Of a stretch of 64,000 nt of DNA, positions 9,311-20,344 are shown one piece after another. The translations under genes were made by a program, and so were the position numbers. The stretch is from positions 512,001 through 576,000 of the forward strand of contig JASGJN010000022.1 of NCBI GenBank assembly GCA_049840735.1, given 5' to 3'. Source of the stretch: Anaeromyxobacter sp. GTDB taxonomy: Bacteria; Myxococcota; Myxococcia; Myxococcales; Anaeromyxobacteraceae. The notes beneath the pieces are model-generated. The model saw nothing but the letters and a program-made list of their open reading frames with translations. It was not told the DNA's origin and ran no database searches. How positions within the stretch are numbered: the stretch's first letter is position 1; each line of letters starts with the position of its first letter.

Positions 9311-11873
9311 TCAGCCGGCCAGGCGCCGGGTGCGGGGCCGGGCCTGGCCGTCCAGCTGGAACGAGCCCACCAGCTGCGAGAGCACCTCGGCCTGGGCCGC
9401 CAGCTCCGCCGCGGTGGACGACGACTCCTCGGCGCTGGCCGCGTTCTGCTGGGTGACCTTGTCCATCTCCGAGATGGCCGTGCCCACCTGCGAGGTGGCG
9501 GTGGCGCCCTCCCGGGCGGCCTGGGCGATCTCGCTCACGATGCCGGCCACCTTCTCGATGAAGGCCACCAGCTCGCCCAGCGTGCGCGCCACGTCCTGCG
9601 AGGTGGCCTCGCCGGCCGCGGCGTGCTTGACCGACTCGCCCACCAGGTCGGCGGTGCGCCGCGCGGCCTCCTTGGAGCGGAGCGCCAGCGAGCGGACCTC
9701 CTCGGCCACCACCGCGAAGCCGCGGCCGGCGTCGCCGGCCCGGGCCGCCTCGACCGCGGCGTTGAGCGCCAGCAGGTTGGTCTGGAAGGCGATGTCGGTG
9801 ATGTCCTTCAGGATCGCGCCGGTCCCCTCGGCGCTCGCCTTCACGTGGTGCATGGCCCGCAGCAGCCGCTCCACGCTCTCCGAGCCCTCGCCGGCGGCGC
9901 CGCGGGCCTGCACCGCCAGCGCGGCGGCGGCCTGGGCGTTGTCGGCGGTCTGGCCCGTCAGCGCCTGCACCGACTCCAGGCTGGCGGTGGTCTCCTCCAG
10001 CGCGGCGGCCTGCTGCGAGGCGCCGGTGGCCACCGCCTGCGACGAGGCGGCGATCTGCGAGGCCGCGGAGCTGACCTGGGCCACCACCTCGGCCACGCGG
10101 GCGATGGAGGTCTCCAGCGCGCCGGCGGTGGCGTTGAGCGCCGCCTCCAGCCGGGCGTGGTCGCCGCGGTAGTCGCCCGTCATGCGCGCGCGCAGGTCGC
10201 GGGCGGCCAGCAGCTTCAGCACCTCCGAGGCCTCGCGCACCGGCGCCAGCACCGCGTCCAGCGTCCGGTTCACGCCGCCCACCAGCGCCCGGAACTGCCC
10301 CTCGTGCGGGCCGGCGTCGGCGCGCACCTCCAGCCGGCCGCCCACCGCCGAGGCCGCCAGCGCCTCCACGTCGTCGAGCAGCCGCTTCACGGCGCCGGCG
10401 CACCGCTCCAGGCTCGACTCGATGTCGCCGAACTCGCCGCGCGCGCCGGTGGCCACCCGCGCCGGCACCTGGCCGCGCGAGATCTGGTCCAGCACCGCCG
10501 CGGCCTGGCGCAGCGGCACGACCACCGCCTCCACCGTGCCGTTCACCGCCTCGATGGCGTCGGCCCACTCGCCCGAGCGGCGGCCGCGCTCGGCGCGCGC
10601 GGAGAGGTTGCCCTCGGCCACCGCCGCCGCCACCCTGCGCACCTCCTCGACCACGCCGTGGAGGTTGTCGCGCAGCCCGTCCAGCGCCGCGTTGGCGGCG
10701 GAGAGCTTGCCCGGGAGCGGGCGCAGCCGCCGCGACAGGTCGCCGGCCGCGTAGGCGCCCAGCACCTCCTGCACGTCGCGGAGCGCCTGGACGTGGACCC
10801 TTACGTTCTCGTTGGCGCCGGCGGCCAGGGCGCGGAACGAGCCGGCGAAGCGCGCCTCGTCCATCAGCACGTCCACCTCGCCGGCCCGCTGCGCCGCCGA
10901 CAGCTCCGCCATGCCCGAGACCAGCGCGGACAGCGACGCGGTGCAGCGGTTGGCGGCGTCCTTCATCCTCTCGAAGTCGCCCTGGCGCTGGACGGTGACG
11001 GGCGGCGGGATGTCGCCGCGCGAGATCCGGTCGAAGTGCTCGGCGGTGGCGTGGATGGGGCCGCGCGAAGGCGTCCATGATGCGGTTCACGCCGTGGAGC
11101 GCGTCGCGGAAGTCGGTCACCACCCGCTCCGGCTCGGCGCGCGCGTCGATCTCGCCGCGGTCCACCGCCGCGGCCAGCCCGTCGATCTGCGAGCACAGCG
11201 CGGCGATGCTGCGCCGCATGTTGCGCGCCAGCAGCGCCGCGCCCACCGCTGCGGCCCCGAACACGCCCAGGAAGATGATCAGGGCGCGGAGGCGGAGGTC
11301 GTCCAGCGCCTGCTCCACCTGCCCGGTGGTCACGTCCACGCCCACCAGGAAGCGGTGAGCGCCCTCGCCCGAGGGCAGGAAGACCGAGCGGAACGAGCCG
11401 TACTCGTCGGTGTAGGTGTCGAAGGCGGGCTCGCCCGAGTCGAGCGCCGCGCCCATGGCGGGCGACGGCTGCTCGTAGGGCTTGAAGGGTCGGTCGTAGC
11501 TGTCCTGCTCCAGCTCGCCCTCGTCGGCGCCGGTCGAGGTGAAGGCGAAGCCGCCGTCCGGCAGCCGCACCACCGTGTAGAGGTACTTCACGCCCAGGCG
11601 ATCGCTCAGCTCGGTCAGCTCGACCACCAGCGCCCGGTAGGCTGCGTCGCTCTCCGGCTCGGCCCGCAGGTCGCGCGCGTGCATGGCCCGGGTCCGGTGC
11701 TCCACCATGCGGGCGATGGTGATCAGCCGGTCATCCAGCGCCGCCAGCACCAGGCGCGAGCGGGCCACGTAGTTCTGGACCGCGAAGCCGGCCGAGAGCA
11801 GGAAGGCCACCAGCAGCAGGCGGGCCAGGAGCTTGCGTGAGAGGCGGTCGCTTCGGAGGGGGACGAGGTTCAC
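9311..11873 (-). CDS. Methyl-accepting chemotaxis protein (2 TM, sensor domain, multiple HAMP); one frameshift near 11058
   Basis: [34 protein letters not shown]; removing one G from GGGG 11057-11060 joins the halves ([21 protein letters not shown]). Confidence 0.9.
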
Positions 11874-12286
11874 GGGCCCCTGGGATCCACGGAGCGGGCC
11901 AGCTGCGGGGCTGACCGACGGGCCCTGTCCTGGACGCGTCCAGCGTCCGCGGAGGCGGCCATGTCCCCGTCCTGGCAGGTCAAAGACTGTTCACCCGGCC
12001 ATGCCCCCTCGCACGAGGGACAGCGTTTCCGGAGCCGGGTCTGGCCCGCCCCGGGGTGAGGAAAAGGGCAACGCGTCCCGGCGCTGATGCCCGGCCGTGA
12101 CCGTGCCCGGCACCACCATCCAGGCAGGAAAACGGCCACTTGCCCACCGCGGCCGCACCCGGACCCCTGATCGCGGCGCGCTGCGTCGGAGGAGGTCCCA
12201 ATCGACCGGCGATCGGTCTATGTTGGCGCCGCCTACCCAGATGGGAAGGCATCACCACCCGCGCCCAGCGGCGCAGCATGAAGGCC

Positions 12287-13474
12287 ATGAACGTCCTCGT
12301 CCTGAACTGTGGCTCCTCCTCGGCGAAGTTCGCCGTCCTCGACACCACCGGCGGGCGCGAGCTGGTCTCCGGCAACGCCCAGCGCCTGGGCACGCCCCAG
12401 GCCTCCCTCGACTTCAAGAAGGACGGGCAGAAGACCTCGCGGGCGCTGCCGGGGGCCGGGCACGCCGAGGCGCTGCGCGCGGTGGTGGCGCTGCTCCACG
12501 AGCTGGACCTGGCGAGGCACCTGGGCGGCATCGGCCACCGCGTGGTGCACGGCGGCTCCTTCCGCGCCTCGGTGGCCATCACGCCGGAGGTGGTGGCGCT
12601 GATGGAGGCCTGCATCCCGCTGGCGCCGCTCCACAACCCGCCCAACCTGCTGGGCATCCAGATCGCGCAGGAGCTGTTCCCGGGGCTGCCGCAGGTGGGC
12701 GTGTTCGACACCGCCTTCCACCAGACCATGCCGCCGCGCGCCTACGTGTACCCGGTGCCGTACGAGTGGCTCACCTCGCACGGCGTCCGCCGCTACGGCT
12801 TCCACGGCACCAGCCACCGCTTCGTGGCCCGCAAGGCGCTGGAGGTGGCCGGGCTGCCGGAGGACGACCACGCGCTCGTCACCGCGCACCTGGGCAACGG
12901 CTGCTCCGCCGCCGCGATCCGCAACGGCAAGAGCCTCGACACGACCATGGGGCTCACGCCGCTGGAGGGGCTGGTGATGGGCACCCGCAGCGGCTCGGTG
13001 GATCCGGCCATCATCGGCCACATGGCCACGGCCCTGCACGTGCCGGAGGCGCGCATCCTGGACGCGCTCTCCAAGGAGTCCGGCCTGCTGGGCGTCTCCG
13101 GGCTCTCCAACGACGCGCGCACGGTCGAGGAGGCGGCCGCCGGCGGCCACGCCCGCGCCGAGCTGGCGCTGGACATCTTCTGCTACGTGCTGGCCAAGCA
13201 CATCGCCGCGCTGGTGGTGCCGCTGGGGCGGCTCGACGCGCTGGTCTTCACCGGCGGCATCGGCGAGAACTCGGACGTGCTCCGCGGGCGCGTGGTCTCG
13301 CAGCTGGGCTTCCTGGGGCTCCAGCTCGACCCCGCCGCCAACGCCGCCACCATCCGCGGCAAGGCCGGGCGCATCACCACCGGCACGCGCCCGTCGGCGG
13401 TGGTGGTGCCGACCAACGAGGAGCTGATGATCGCCCTGGACACGGCCGAGCTGGCCGGCCGCGCCCGGGCCTGA
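12287..13474 (+). CDS. ackA: Acetate kinase
   Basis: [55 protein letters not shown]. Confidence 0.97.
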   Translation: MNVLVLNCGSSSAKFAVLDTTGGRELVSGNAQRLGTPQASLDFKKDGQKTSRALPGAGHAEALRAVVALLHELDLARHLGGIGHRVVHGGSFRASVAITPEVVALMEACIPLAPLHNPPNLLGIQIAQELFPGLPQVGVFDTAFHQTMPPRAYVYPVPYEWLTSHGVRRYGFHGTSHRFVARKALEVAGLPEDDHALVTAHLGNGCSAAAIRNGKSLDTTMGLTPLEGLVMGTRSGSVDPAIIGHMATALHVPEARILDALSKESGLLGVSGLSNDARTVEEAAAGGHARAELALDIFCYVLAKHIAALVVPLGRLDALVFTGGIGENSDVLRGRVVSQLGFLGLQLDPAANAATIRGKAGRITTGTRPSAVVVPTNEELMIALDTAELAGRARA

Positions 13475-13486
13475 GAGGAGGGGACC

Positions 13487-15642
13487 ATGCCCACCACCTT
13501 GCTCGTCGCCCCCGCCGGTCGCCGCGTCGGCCTGACCACCGCCTGCCTGGGCATCGTGCGCGCCCTGGACCGCCAGGGGCTGCGGGTGGCCTTCGCCAAG
13601 CCCATCACCGGGCGCGGCGACGACCGCTCCATCGCGCTGATGCAGCTGGGCGCCCACCTCTCGCCCCCGGCGCCGGTGACGCGCCAGGTGGCCGAGGAGC
13701 TGCTGGCGCACGGCGACGACCAGACGCTGATGGAGCACGTGGTGGCGCTGGCGGCCAGGGCCGCCGACGGCGCCGACGTGCTGGTGGTGGAGGGGATGGT
13801 GCCGGAGACCGGCATGGTCTACTCCACCCGCGTCAACGCGCTGATGCTCAAGGCGCTCGACGCCGAGCTGGTGCTGGTGGCCTCGCCGCGGGACGAGAGC
13901 CCGGCCGAGGTGGCCGGGGCGGTGGCCATCGCGGCGCGCGGCTTCGGCGCGCTGGCCGAGGGCCGGACGGCCGGCTGCATCCTCAACCGCGTCTGCCTGG
14001 GCGGCGGCGGCAAGCGCTCGGTGGCGGGCAGCGAGACGGCCGGCCCCATCTGCGGCGACTGCGGCGGGTGCGCGGTGGGCGCGCGCGAGGACGCCATCGC
14101 GCGCCACGAGGCCGCGCTGCAGGAGGAGGGGCTCAGGCCGCTGGGCGTGGTGCCCTGCAACATGGACCTGGCGGCGCCGCGCGTGCGCGACATGGCCGAG
14201 GCCATCGGCGCGCGGGTGCTGGCCGGCGGCGAGATGGCCACCCGGCGCGTCCGCGACGTGGCGGTCTGCGCCATGATGGTCCAGAACGCCATCAAGGCGC
14301 TCAAGCCGGGCACGCTGGTCATCACCCCCGGCGACCGGAACGACATCCTGCTGGCCGCCGCGGTGACGGCCCAGAACGGCACGCCGCTGGCGGGCGTGCT
14401 CCTCACCGGCGGCCTGGAGCCGGATCCGGGCGTGGTGGGGCTGTGCAAGAAGGCGCTCGACGCGGGGCTGCCGCTGCTCTCGGTGGAGGACGGCAGCTAC
14501 CTGGCCGCCACGCGCGTCAACGGCATGAACCCGGAGATCCCCACCGACGACGCCGAGCGCGTCGAGCGGACCATGAACTTCGTGGCCGACCGGCTCAGCG
14601 TCGAGTGGGCGGCCGGCTTCGCCGGCCAGCGCCGGGCCACGCGCCTGTCGCCGCCCGCCTTCCGCCACCGGCTCATCGAGACGGCCCGCAGCGACCTGCA
14701 GCGGATCGTCCTGCCGGAGGGGAACGAGCCGCGCACGGTGGCCGCGGCGGCCATCGTGGAGGCGCGCGGCATCGCCCGCTGCGTGCTGCTGGGCCACCCC
14801 GACGAGATCCGCGAGGTGGCGGCGCGCCAGGGCGTGACCCTGCCCGCCTCGGTGGAGATCATCGACGCGCCCGCGGTGGCCGGGCGCTACGTGGAGCCGC
14901 TGGTGGAGCGGCGCAAGGCCAAGGGGATGACGGCGCAGCTGGCCGCCACCGAGCTGCAGGACACCATCATGGTGGGCACCATGATGATGGCGCTGGGCGA
15001 GGCCGACGGCCTGGTCTCCGGCGCGGTCCACACCACCGCCCACACCATCCGGCCGGCGCTGCAGATCATCAAGACCGTGCCCGGCTCCTCGCTCGTGTCG
15101 TCGGTCTTCTTCATGTGCCTGCCGGACCAGGTGCTGGTCTTCGGCGACTGCGCCGTGAACCCCAACCCGAGCGCCGAGCAGCTGGCGGAGATCGCGGTCC
15201 AGAGCGCCGACTCGGCGCTGGCCTTCGGCATCGAGCCGCGGGTGGCCATGCTCTCCTACTCCACCGGCACCAGCGGCGCCGGCGAGGACGTGGAGAAGGT
15301 GAAGCGCGCCACCGACCTGGCGCAGCAGCTCCGCCCCGGGCTGGCCATCGACGGCCCGCTGCAGTACGACGCCGCAGTCCAGGCCGACGTGGCGCGGCAG
15401 AAGGCGCCGCGCTCGCCGGTCGCGGGCAAGGCCACCGTGCTGATCTTCCCGGACCTCAACACCGGCAACGTGACCTACAAGGCCGTGCAGCGCTCCGCCA
15501 ACGTGGTCTCCATGGGCCCATGCTGCAGGGCCTGGCCAAGCCGGTGAACGACCTCTCCCGCGGCGCGCTGGTCGAGGACATCGTCTTCACCATCGCGCTC
15601 ACCGCCATCCAGGCGCAGCAAGCGGCCCGGCGCGGCCAGTAG
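13487..15642 (+). CDS. pta: Long-form phosphate acetyltransferase (BioD-like + DRTGG + PTA); one frameshift near 15518
   Basis: [39 protein letters not shown]; adding one C restores [18 protein letters not shown] to stop at 15642. Confidence 0.94.
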
Positions 15643-15651
15643 CCGGCGGCC

Positions 15652-17412
15652 ATGCCCTGGATCGCGGGCAGCCCGCCGCTCCACCCGGCGCTGGCGGCGC
15701 TGGCCGCGGCCGCGCCGCTGGGCTTCCTGTTCTGGGCGCTGGCCGTGCGCCGCCTGCGCGCGCACCTGGCCGCGCCAGCGGCGGTGGGGCTGGCGCTCGT
15801 GGCGGCGGTGGCCGGCTTCGGCATGCCGCCGGGGCTGGCGCTGGGCGCGGCGCTCCACGGGGCCGCGCAGGGGCTCTGGCCGGTGGCCTGGGTGGTGGTG
15901 ACGGCGGTCTACCTGCACGCGCTCTCGGTCCGCACCGGCGCCTTCGAGGTGGTGCGCGGCGCGCTGGCCTCGCTCACCTCCGACCGGCGGCTGCAGGCGC
16001 TGCTCATCGCCTTCGCCTTCGCCGCCTTCCTCGAGGGCGCGGCCGGCTTCGGCGCGCCGGTGGCCATCGCCGCGGCCATGCTGGTGGGGCTGGGGTTCGA
16101 GCCCCTGCCGGCGGCGCTGGTCTGCCTGGTGGCCAACACCGCGCCGGTGGCGTTCGGCGCGCTGGGCGTGCCGGTGCTGGTGGCGGGGCAGGCGGCCGGC
16201 GTGGACCCGCTGGCGGTCTCGCAGCTGGTGGGGAGGACCTTGCCGGCGCTGGCGCTGCTCACGCCGTTCTACGTGGTGGTGCTGCTGGCCGGGGCGCGGC
16301 GCGGGCTGGAGGTCTGGCCGGCGGCGCTGGTGGTGGGCGGCGCCTTCGCGCTGGCGCAGGCGCTCACCGCCAACCTGCTGGGGCCGTACCTGCCGGACGT
16401 GGTGGCCTCGCTGGTCTCGATGGGCTGCCTCACGCTCTTCCTGCGCGCCTGGCGCCCGGCGCGCCCCTGGCGCTTCCCGGCCGAGCCGGCGGCGCCCGCG
16501 CCCGCCGGCCCGCGCGCCGCCCGCGGCGACGTGCTCCGCGCCCTCTCGCCCTTCCTGCTGCTCTCGCTCTTCGTGGCGGCCTGGGGGCTGCGGCCGGTGC
16601 ACGCGGCGCTGGACGCGCTCGGCACCGTGACGCTCCGCTGGCCGGGCCTGGACGGCGCCATCGTCCAGGACGGCCACGCGGTGCCGGCGGTGCTCAAGCT
16701 CGACCTGCTCGCCTCGGCCGGCACCGCCATCCTGCTCACCGCGCTGGTCTCGCTGCCGGTGCTGGGCGCGCGCCCCTCGGTGGCGCTGCGCACCTTCGGC
16801 GAGACGCTGCGCACGCTCCGCTTCCCGGTCCTGACCATCGCCGCCATGCTGGCGCTGGCCGGGATCATGAACCGCTCCGGCATGGCGGCGGCGCTGGGGC
16901 AGGTGTTCGCCCAGACCGGCCGCGCCTTCCCGCTGCTGGCGCCCGTGCTGGGCTGGCTGGGCGTGCTCATGACCGGCTCGGACACCGCCTCCAACGCGCT
17001 CTTCGGCAAGCTGCAGGCCAGCACCGCGCAGCAGCTGGGCCTGGACCCGGTGCTGGCCGTGGCCGCCAACACCTCCGGCGGCGGCTGCGGGAAGATGGTC
17101 TCGCCGCAGTCGCTGGCGGTGGCCACCGCCGCGGTGGGGCAGGTGGGGCGCGAGGGCGAGCTGCTCCGCGCCACGCTGAAGCACTCGCTCCTGCTCACCG
17201 CGCTGGTGTCGCTGCTGGTCTGGCTGCAGGCCGGGCCGCTGGCCTTCCTGGTCCCGTCGTCGTCCCCGCCACCCGCCACGCCACCCCCGCCGCCGGCGGC
17301 GCTGGTGGCGGAGGGACGGGCCTGGCTGGCGGTCGCGCTGGCGGTGATCGCCGGGGTGGCGCTGGTCGCGGCGCGGGTGGGGCGGAGGCCGGCGGCGGCC
17401 GGAGAGGCGTGA
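15652..17412 (+). CDS. lctP: L-lactate permease family transporter
   Basis: FLEGAAGFGAP, ANTAPVAFGALG, TGSDTASNALFG, ANTSGGGCGKMVSPQS. Confidence 0.92.
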   Translation: MPWIAGSPPLHPALAALAAAAPLGFLFWALAVRRLRAHLAAPAAVGLALVAAVAGFGMPPGLALGAALHGAAQGLWPVAWVVVTAVYLHALSVRTGAFEVVRGALASLTSDRRLQALLIAFAFAAFLEGAAGFGAPVAIAAAMLVGLGFEPLPAALVCLVANTAPVAFGALGVPVLVAGQAAGVDPLAVSQLVGRTLPALALLTPFYVVVLLAGARRGLEVWPAALVVGGAFALAQALTANLLGPYLPDVVASLVSMGCLTLFLRAWRPARPWRFPAEPAAPAPAGPRAARGDVLRALSPFLLLSLFVAAWGLRPVHAALDALGTVTLRWPGLDGAIVQDGHAVPAVLKLDLLASAGTAILLTALVSLPVLGARPSVALRTFGETLRTLRFPVLTIAAMLALAGIMNRSGMAAALGQVFAQTGRAFPLLAPVLGWLGVLMTGSDTASNALFGKLQASTAQQLGLDPVLAVAANTSGGGCGKMVSPQSLAVATAAVGQVGREGELLRATLKHSLLLTALVSLLVWLQAGPLAFLVPSSSPPPATPPPPPAALVAEGRAWLAVALAVIAGVALVAARVGRRPAAAGEA

Positions 17413-17426
17413 AGCGTCACCGTGGG

Positions 17427-18668
17427 TCACCCGCGCCGCAGGTCGCACCCCAAGGGCGCATTCGCTGGAGGAAGTGAAAGGGAGGGGACGAAGGCGGCCA
17501 TCTTCTCGCGCCCGAAGGACTGCACCGCAGCCCAGAGGTTATGCCCGCGGCAGCGGAGCCGGAGGTTGGGGAGGGTCGGCGGCCCGCCCATGGCCTCCGG
17601 GTCGATGTGGTCCAGCTCCAGCTGCCAGCGGCTGCCGCAGCGGTGGCCGTCCGGGGAGACGTAGGAGCAGCAGCTGCCATCGCGAGCCCAGACCGCGCGG
17701 CGCACGTCGGCCGTGACGGTACGAGGGTCGAAGCGGTAGGCGGTGGCGAAGAGCGGGAGCGGGTCGCCGGAGGGAGCCGCAGCCGGAGCCGGAGCCTGGA
17801 CCGGAGCCGGCGCGGAGACCGCCGTCGGCGCCGAGGCCACGGGCGCGGGCGCTGCCGAAGGAGCGGGAGCAGCCATCCTGGTCAGCTCGACCGCACCCTT
17901 TCGCTTGGCGTGCTTCTCGATCGCGCAGCGGAGCGCCTCCTTGAGGACGTCGCCGAGGTTGCCGTCGGGAATCTTGTGGGAGAGGAGCTCGCGGAGGGTC
18001 TCGAGGTCGGCGTGCGCGGCCCCGTCGAGCGTCACGCGCAGCGACCACTGCTCCGCGTTGACCGGGTGAAGCTCCGGGCGGGAAGGGGCGGAGGCGGGTG
18101 CGGGCGCAGAGAGCACGAAGGGCTCGGTCGCCGGTTCCCGGGTGGCAGCGGAGGAGGCCAGCGCCGGCTCCGGTGCGGGCGCCGGCGCAGCAGGAGCAGG
18201 AGCAGGAGCAGCGACCACGGCCTTCGGCCCCGGGCCGGCCACCCGCCGGACACCGTCCTTCGGCGCCTCGCGCGGCTGGATGGTCACGACCAGCCGCTCC
18301 ACCTCCGCCTTGGACTTGAAGGCCGCCTGCCCGACCAGCTCCTCCAGGTTCTGCTCCGTCATCACCTCGCGGAGCATGGCCAGCGTGGTGAGGGAAAGCC
18401 GCCCCTCGCGCAGCGGCCCCTCGAGGGAAGGGAACCGGGACAGCAGGCGCATGGCGGCGATGCGGCGCCAGGCGCCGCCTTCGGGAAGGCGCAGCACCTC
18501 CCGGCAGAACGCCCAGAGCGAGGGATAGCCCAGGTCCAGGTAGAACTTCCGCCGCTCCACCTCCGCCAGCGCGAGCAGGCACTCGACCTTGATGCCCCGC
18601 TCGTCCCCAGCGAGCGACTGCAGGTGGGCGACGAGAGAGCTGTTGTCCAGCGCATCGAGTCGAACCAT
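17427..18668 (-). CDS. HNH endonuclease with long N-terminal helical domain and Pro/Ala linkers
   Basis: RRAVWARDGSCCSY...RC...LELDHIDPEAMGG...NLRLRCRGHN; N-terminal LAEVERRKFYLDLGYPSLWAFC. Confidence 0.88.
   Translation of the reverse strand: MVRLDALDNSSLVAHLQSLAGDERGIKVECLLALAEVERRKFYLDLGYPSLWAFCREVLRLPEGGAWRRIAAMRLLSRFPSLEGPLREGRLSLTTLAMLREVMTEQNLEELVGQAAFKSKAEVERLVVTIQPREAPKDGVRRVAGPGPKAVVAAPAPAPAAPAPAPEPALASSAATREPATEPFVLSAPAPASAPSRPELHPVNAEQWSLRVTLDGAAHADLETLRELLSHKIPDGNLGDVLKEALRCAIEKHAKRKGAVELTRMAAPAPSAAPAPVASAPTAVSAPAPVQAPAPAAAPSGDPLPLFATAYRFDPRTVTADVRRAVWARDGSCCSYVSPDGHRCGSRWQLELDHIDPEAMGGPPTLPNLRLRCRGHNLWAAVQSFGREKMAAFVPSLSLPPANAPLGCDLRRG
17447..17477 (+). repeat. Degenerate copy of the 41-bp repeat inside the 3' end of the HNH gene
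   Basis: ACCCCAAGGGCGCATTCGCTGGAGGAAGTGA matches ACCCCTTGGGCGCACGCGCTGGAGTAGGTGA at 25/31 without gaps. Confidence 0.7.
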
Positions 18669-18969
18669 GGCGTGCACCTCCAGCAGATGCAGCCATCGTA
18701 ACCCCGGGTTTCGAGGCGCTCGCCGAGGCCCCTGGCGCTGCGCAGGCGGCGAGATCGCGAGCGCCCCTCTGCGCCTCCTCGGCCAGGCCGGGGCGCGCCG
18801 CAGGAGGCGGGAGGGCGCTGTAGGAGAGCCATTTCCTGACGCCTCGGCCCGCGGAATCCGCCTCGCGCCGAATTCACGTCAAGCGGAGAATCGCGACGCC
18901 CCAACTTGCGCCTGCTCCAGCGCGGGTGACTGTCAGGGAACCTCGCTCCGCGTCCTCCGCGCGGTCCCT

Positions 18970-19020
18970 GCCCTTCGACTCCGCCGCGGCTTTCGCCGCG
19001 GCTACGCTCAGGGCGAACGG
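18970..19020 (+). repeat. REP-like element family A
   Basis: GCCCT-TCGACTCC-GCCGCGGC tttc GCCGCGGC-TACGCTC-AGGGC-GAACGG. Confidence 0.85.
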
Positions 19021-19089
19021 TGGGCCCTTCCGGCCCTCGCGTCTCGAGCGCACCAACTGCAATGACCTGACCCCACCTCCGGATCCCCT

Positions 19090-19281
19090 CCTTGGGCGCA
19101 CGCGCTGGAGTAGGTGACTCCCAGTTGACCCCTTGGGCGCACGCGCCGGAGTAGGTGACTCCCAGTGGACCCCTTGGGCGCACGCGCCGGAGTAGGTGAC
19201 TCCCAGTGGACCCCTTGGGCGCACGCGCTGGAATAAGTGACTCTCAGGTGACCCCTTGGGCGCACGCGCTGGAGTAGGTGA
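19090..19281. repeat. Tandem array of 41-bp units (4 full + 1 partial), no spacers
   Basis: Unit CCTTGGGCGCACGCGC(T/C)GGAGTAGGTGACTCCCAGT(G/T)GACC starting at 19090, 19131, 19172, 19213, 19254. Confidence 0.95.
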
Positions 19282-19411
19282 GCGTGAACATGGCCGGACC
19301 TCAACCAAGGCGCGACGCCGGCCGCCACCACCCCGTCCCGAGCCCCCAACCCGTTCCCCCAGCACGGCCCCGCCCACGGCGCTGGGGCAGGGGCCTCCCC
19401 AGCGCCCTGTT

Positions 19412-19502
19412 CCGCCGGCAGCGCCACCCGCGTCCCGCCGGCAGCGCCACCCGCGTCCCGCCGGCAGCGCCACCCGCGTCCCGCCAGCAGCGCCACCGCG
19501 TC
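19412..19502. repeat. Tandem array of 23-bp units (x4)
   Basis: CCGCCGGCAGCGCCACCCGCGTC at 19412, 19435, 19458 and degenerate at 19481. Confidence 0.9.
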
Positions 19503-19552
19503 CCCACCGCAGCTTCACGCGGATCCCGCCACCAGCGCCCCAACCGCCGCCC

Positions 19553-20221
19553 TCACGCCGGCAACGCCCCCGACCTCTGCGCGTCCGTCAGCATCGTCGC
19601 CCAGGCGCCCTTCGCCCCCTCCATGAATCGCAGCCCCACCGTGGAGGTGCTCCCGGTCCGCGCCGTCCAGCACACCACGCTCCGGAACGTCACCGCCTGG
19701 TTTCCCGCCCCCAGCCGCACGTCGAGCTGCGCCCCCACCTTCGCCGGCGGGGCCCCGGACCACGTCAGCCCGCAGCCATTCTCCGAGACCGAGAACGTGG
19801 TCATGTACGTCGGTCCGGTCGGGCTGCCCACCACCGCCGGGAAGCTGGCCAGCAACCTCGGCGCTCGCGGCTGGTGCGCGATGGGCTCGCCGCGCGCGAC
19901 GGCCAGCAGGTGCTCCAGCGCCAGCAGGCGGGTCTCGTCCGGCACCAGCTCGACCCGGTGCATCCGGTCCTGGCGCACGGCGCTGGCCACGCGCCCGGTG
20001 ATGGTGACGGCGGCGCCGCGCCCCAGGGCCGTGATGCGCGCCGCCACGCGCTGCTGCGGACGCAGCGCCCCGGGCAGCTCCAGCACCAGCCGGCGCGTGT
20101 CGCTGCGCCAGGCGGCCACGAGCTTCTCGGGGCGGAGCTGGACGTCCAGGGAGATCACCCCTGCGCTGGGGAAGAGCGCCATCCGGTTCACCTCGCTGCG
20201 AGCATCGGCGTGAGCGGGCAT
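19553..20221 (-). CDS. PilZ-like domain protein (start uncertain)
   Basis: C-terminal RAPRL...SVSENGC...VVCWT...VGLRF pattern of a PilZ barrel. Confidence 0.6.
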   Translation of the reverse strand: MPAHADARSEVNRMALFPSAGVISLDVQLRPEKLVAAWRSDTRRLVLELPGALRPQQRVAARITALGRGAAVTITGRVASAVRQDRMHRVELVPDETRLLALEHLLAVARGEPIAHQPRAPRLLASFPAVVGSPTGPTYMTTFSVSENGCGLTWSGAPPAKVGAQLDVRLGAGNQAVTFRSVVCWTARTGSTSTVGLRFMEGAKGAWATMLTDAQRSGALPA

Positions 20222-20344
20222 CAGAGCAGGCTTCGCTCCCGGTGAAAAGGGGTGCCGGTGGGGCGTGGCTTACCTCCCCGCACGATGGCGCCGGCCGGGG
20301 GCGAGGTGCGGGAGAAGGGGCCCGCTGCTATCCTCCTCGCAGGC

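Noticed and set aside
11880..12100. Hairpin-rich MCP leader as a riboswitch (GACCTGCC, GGAAAC)
   Set aside because: Could not match the conserved cores of cobalamin or c-di-GMP riboswitches; an Rfam scan would settle it
19090..19281. 41-bp array as a CRISPR or guide array
   Set aside because: Units abut with only point differences; no unique spacers and no cas genes
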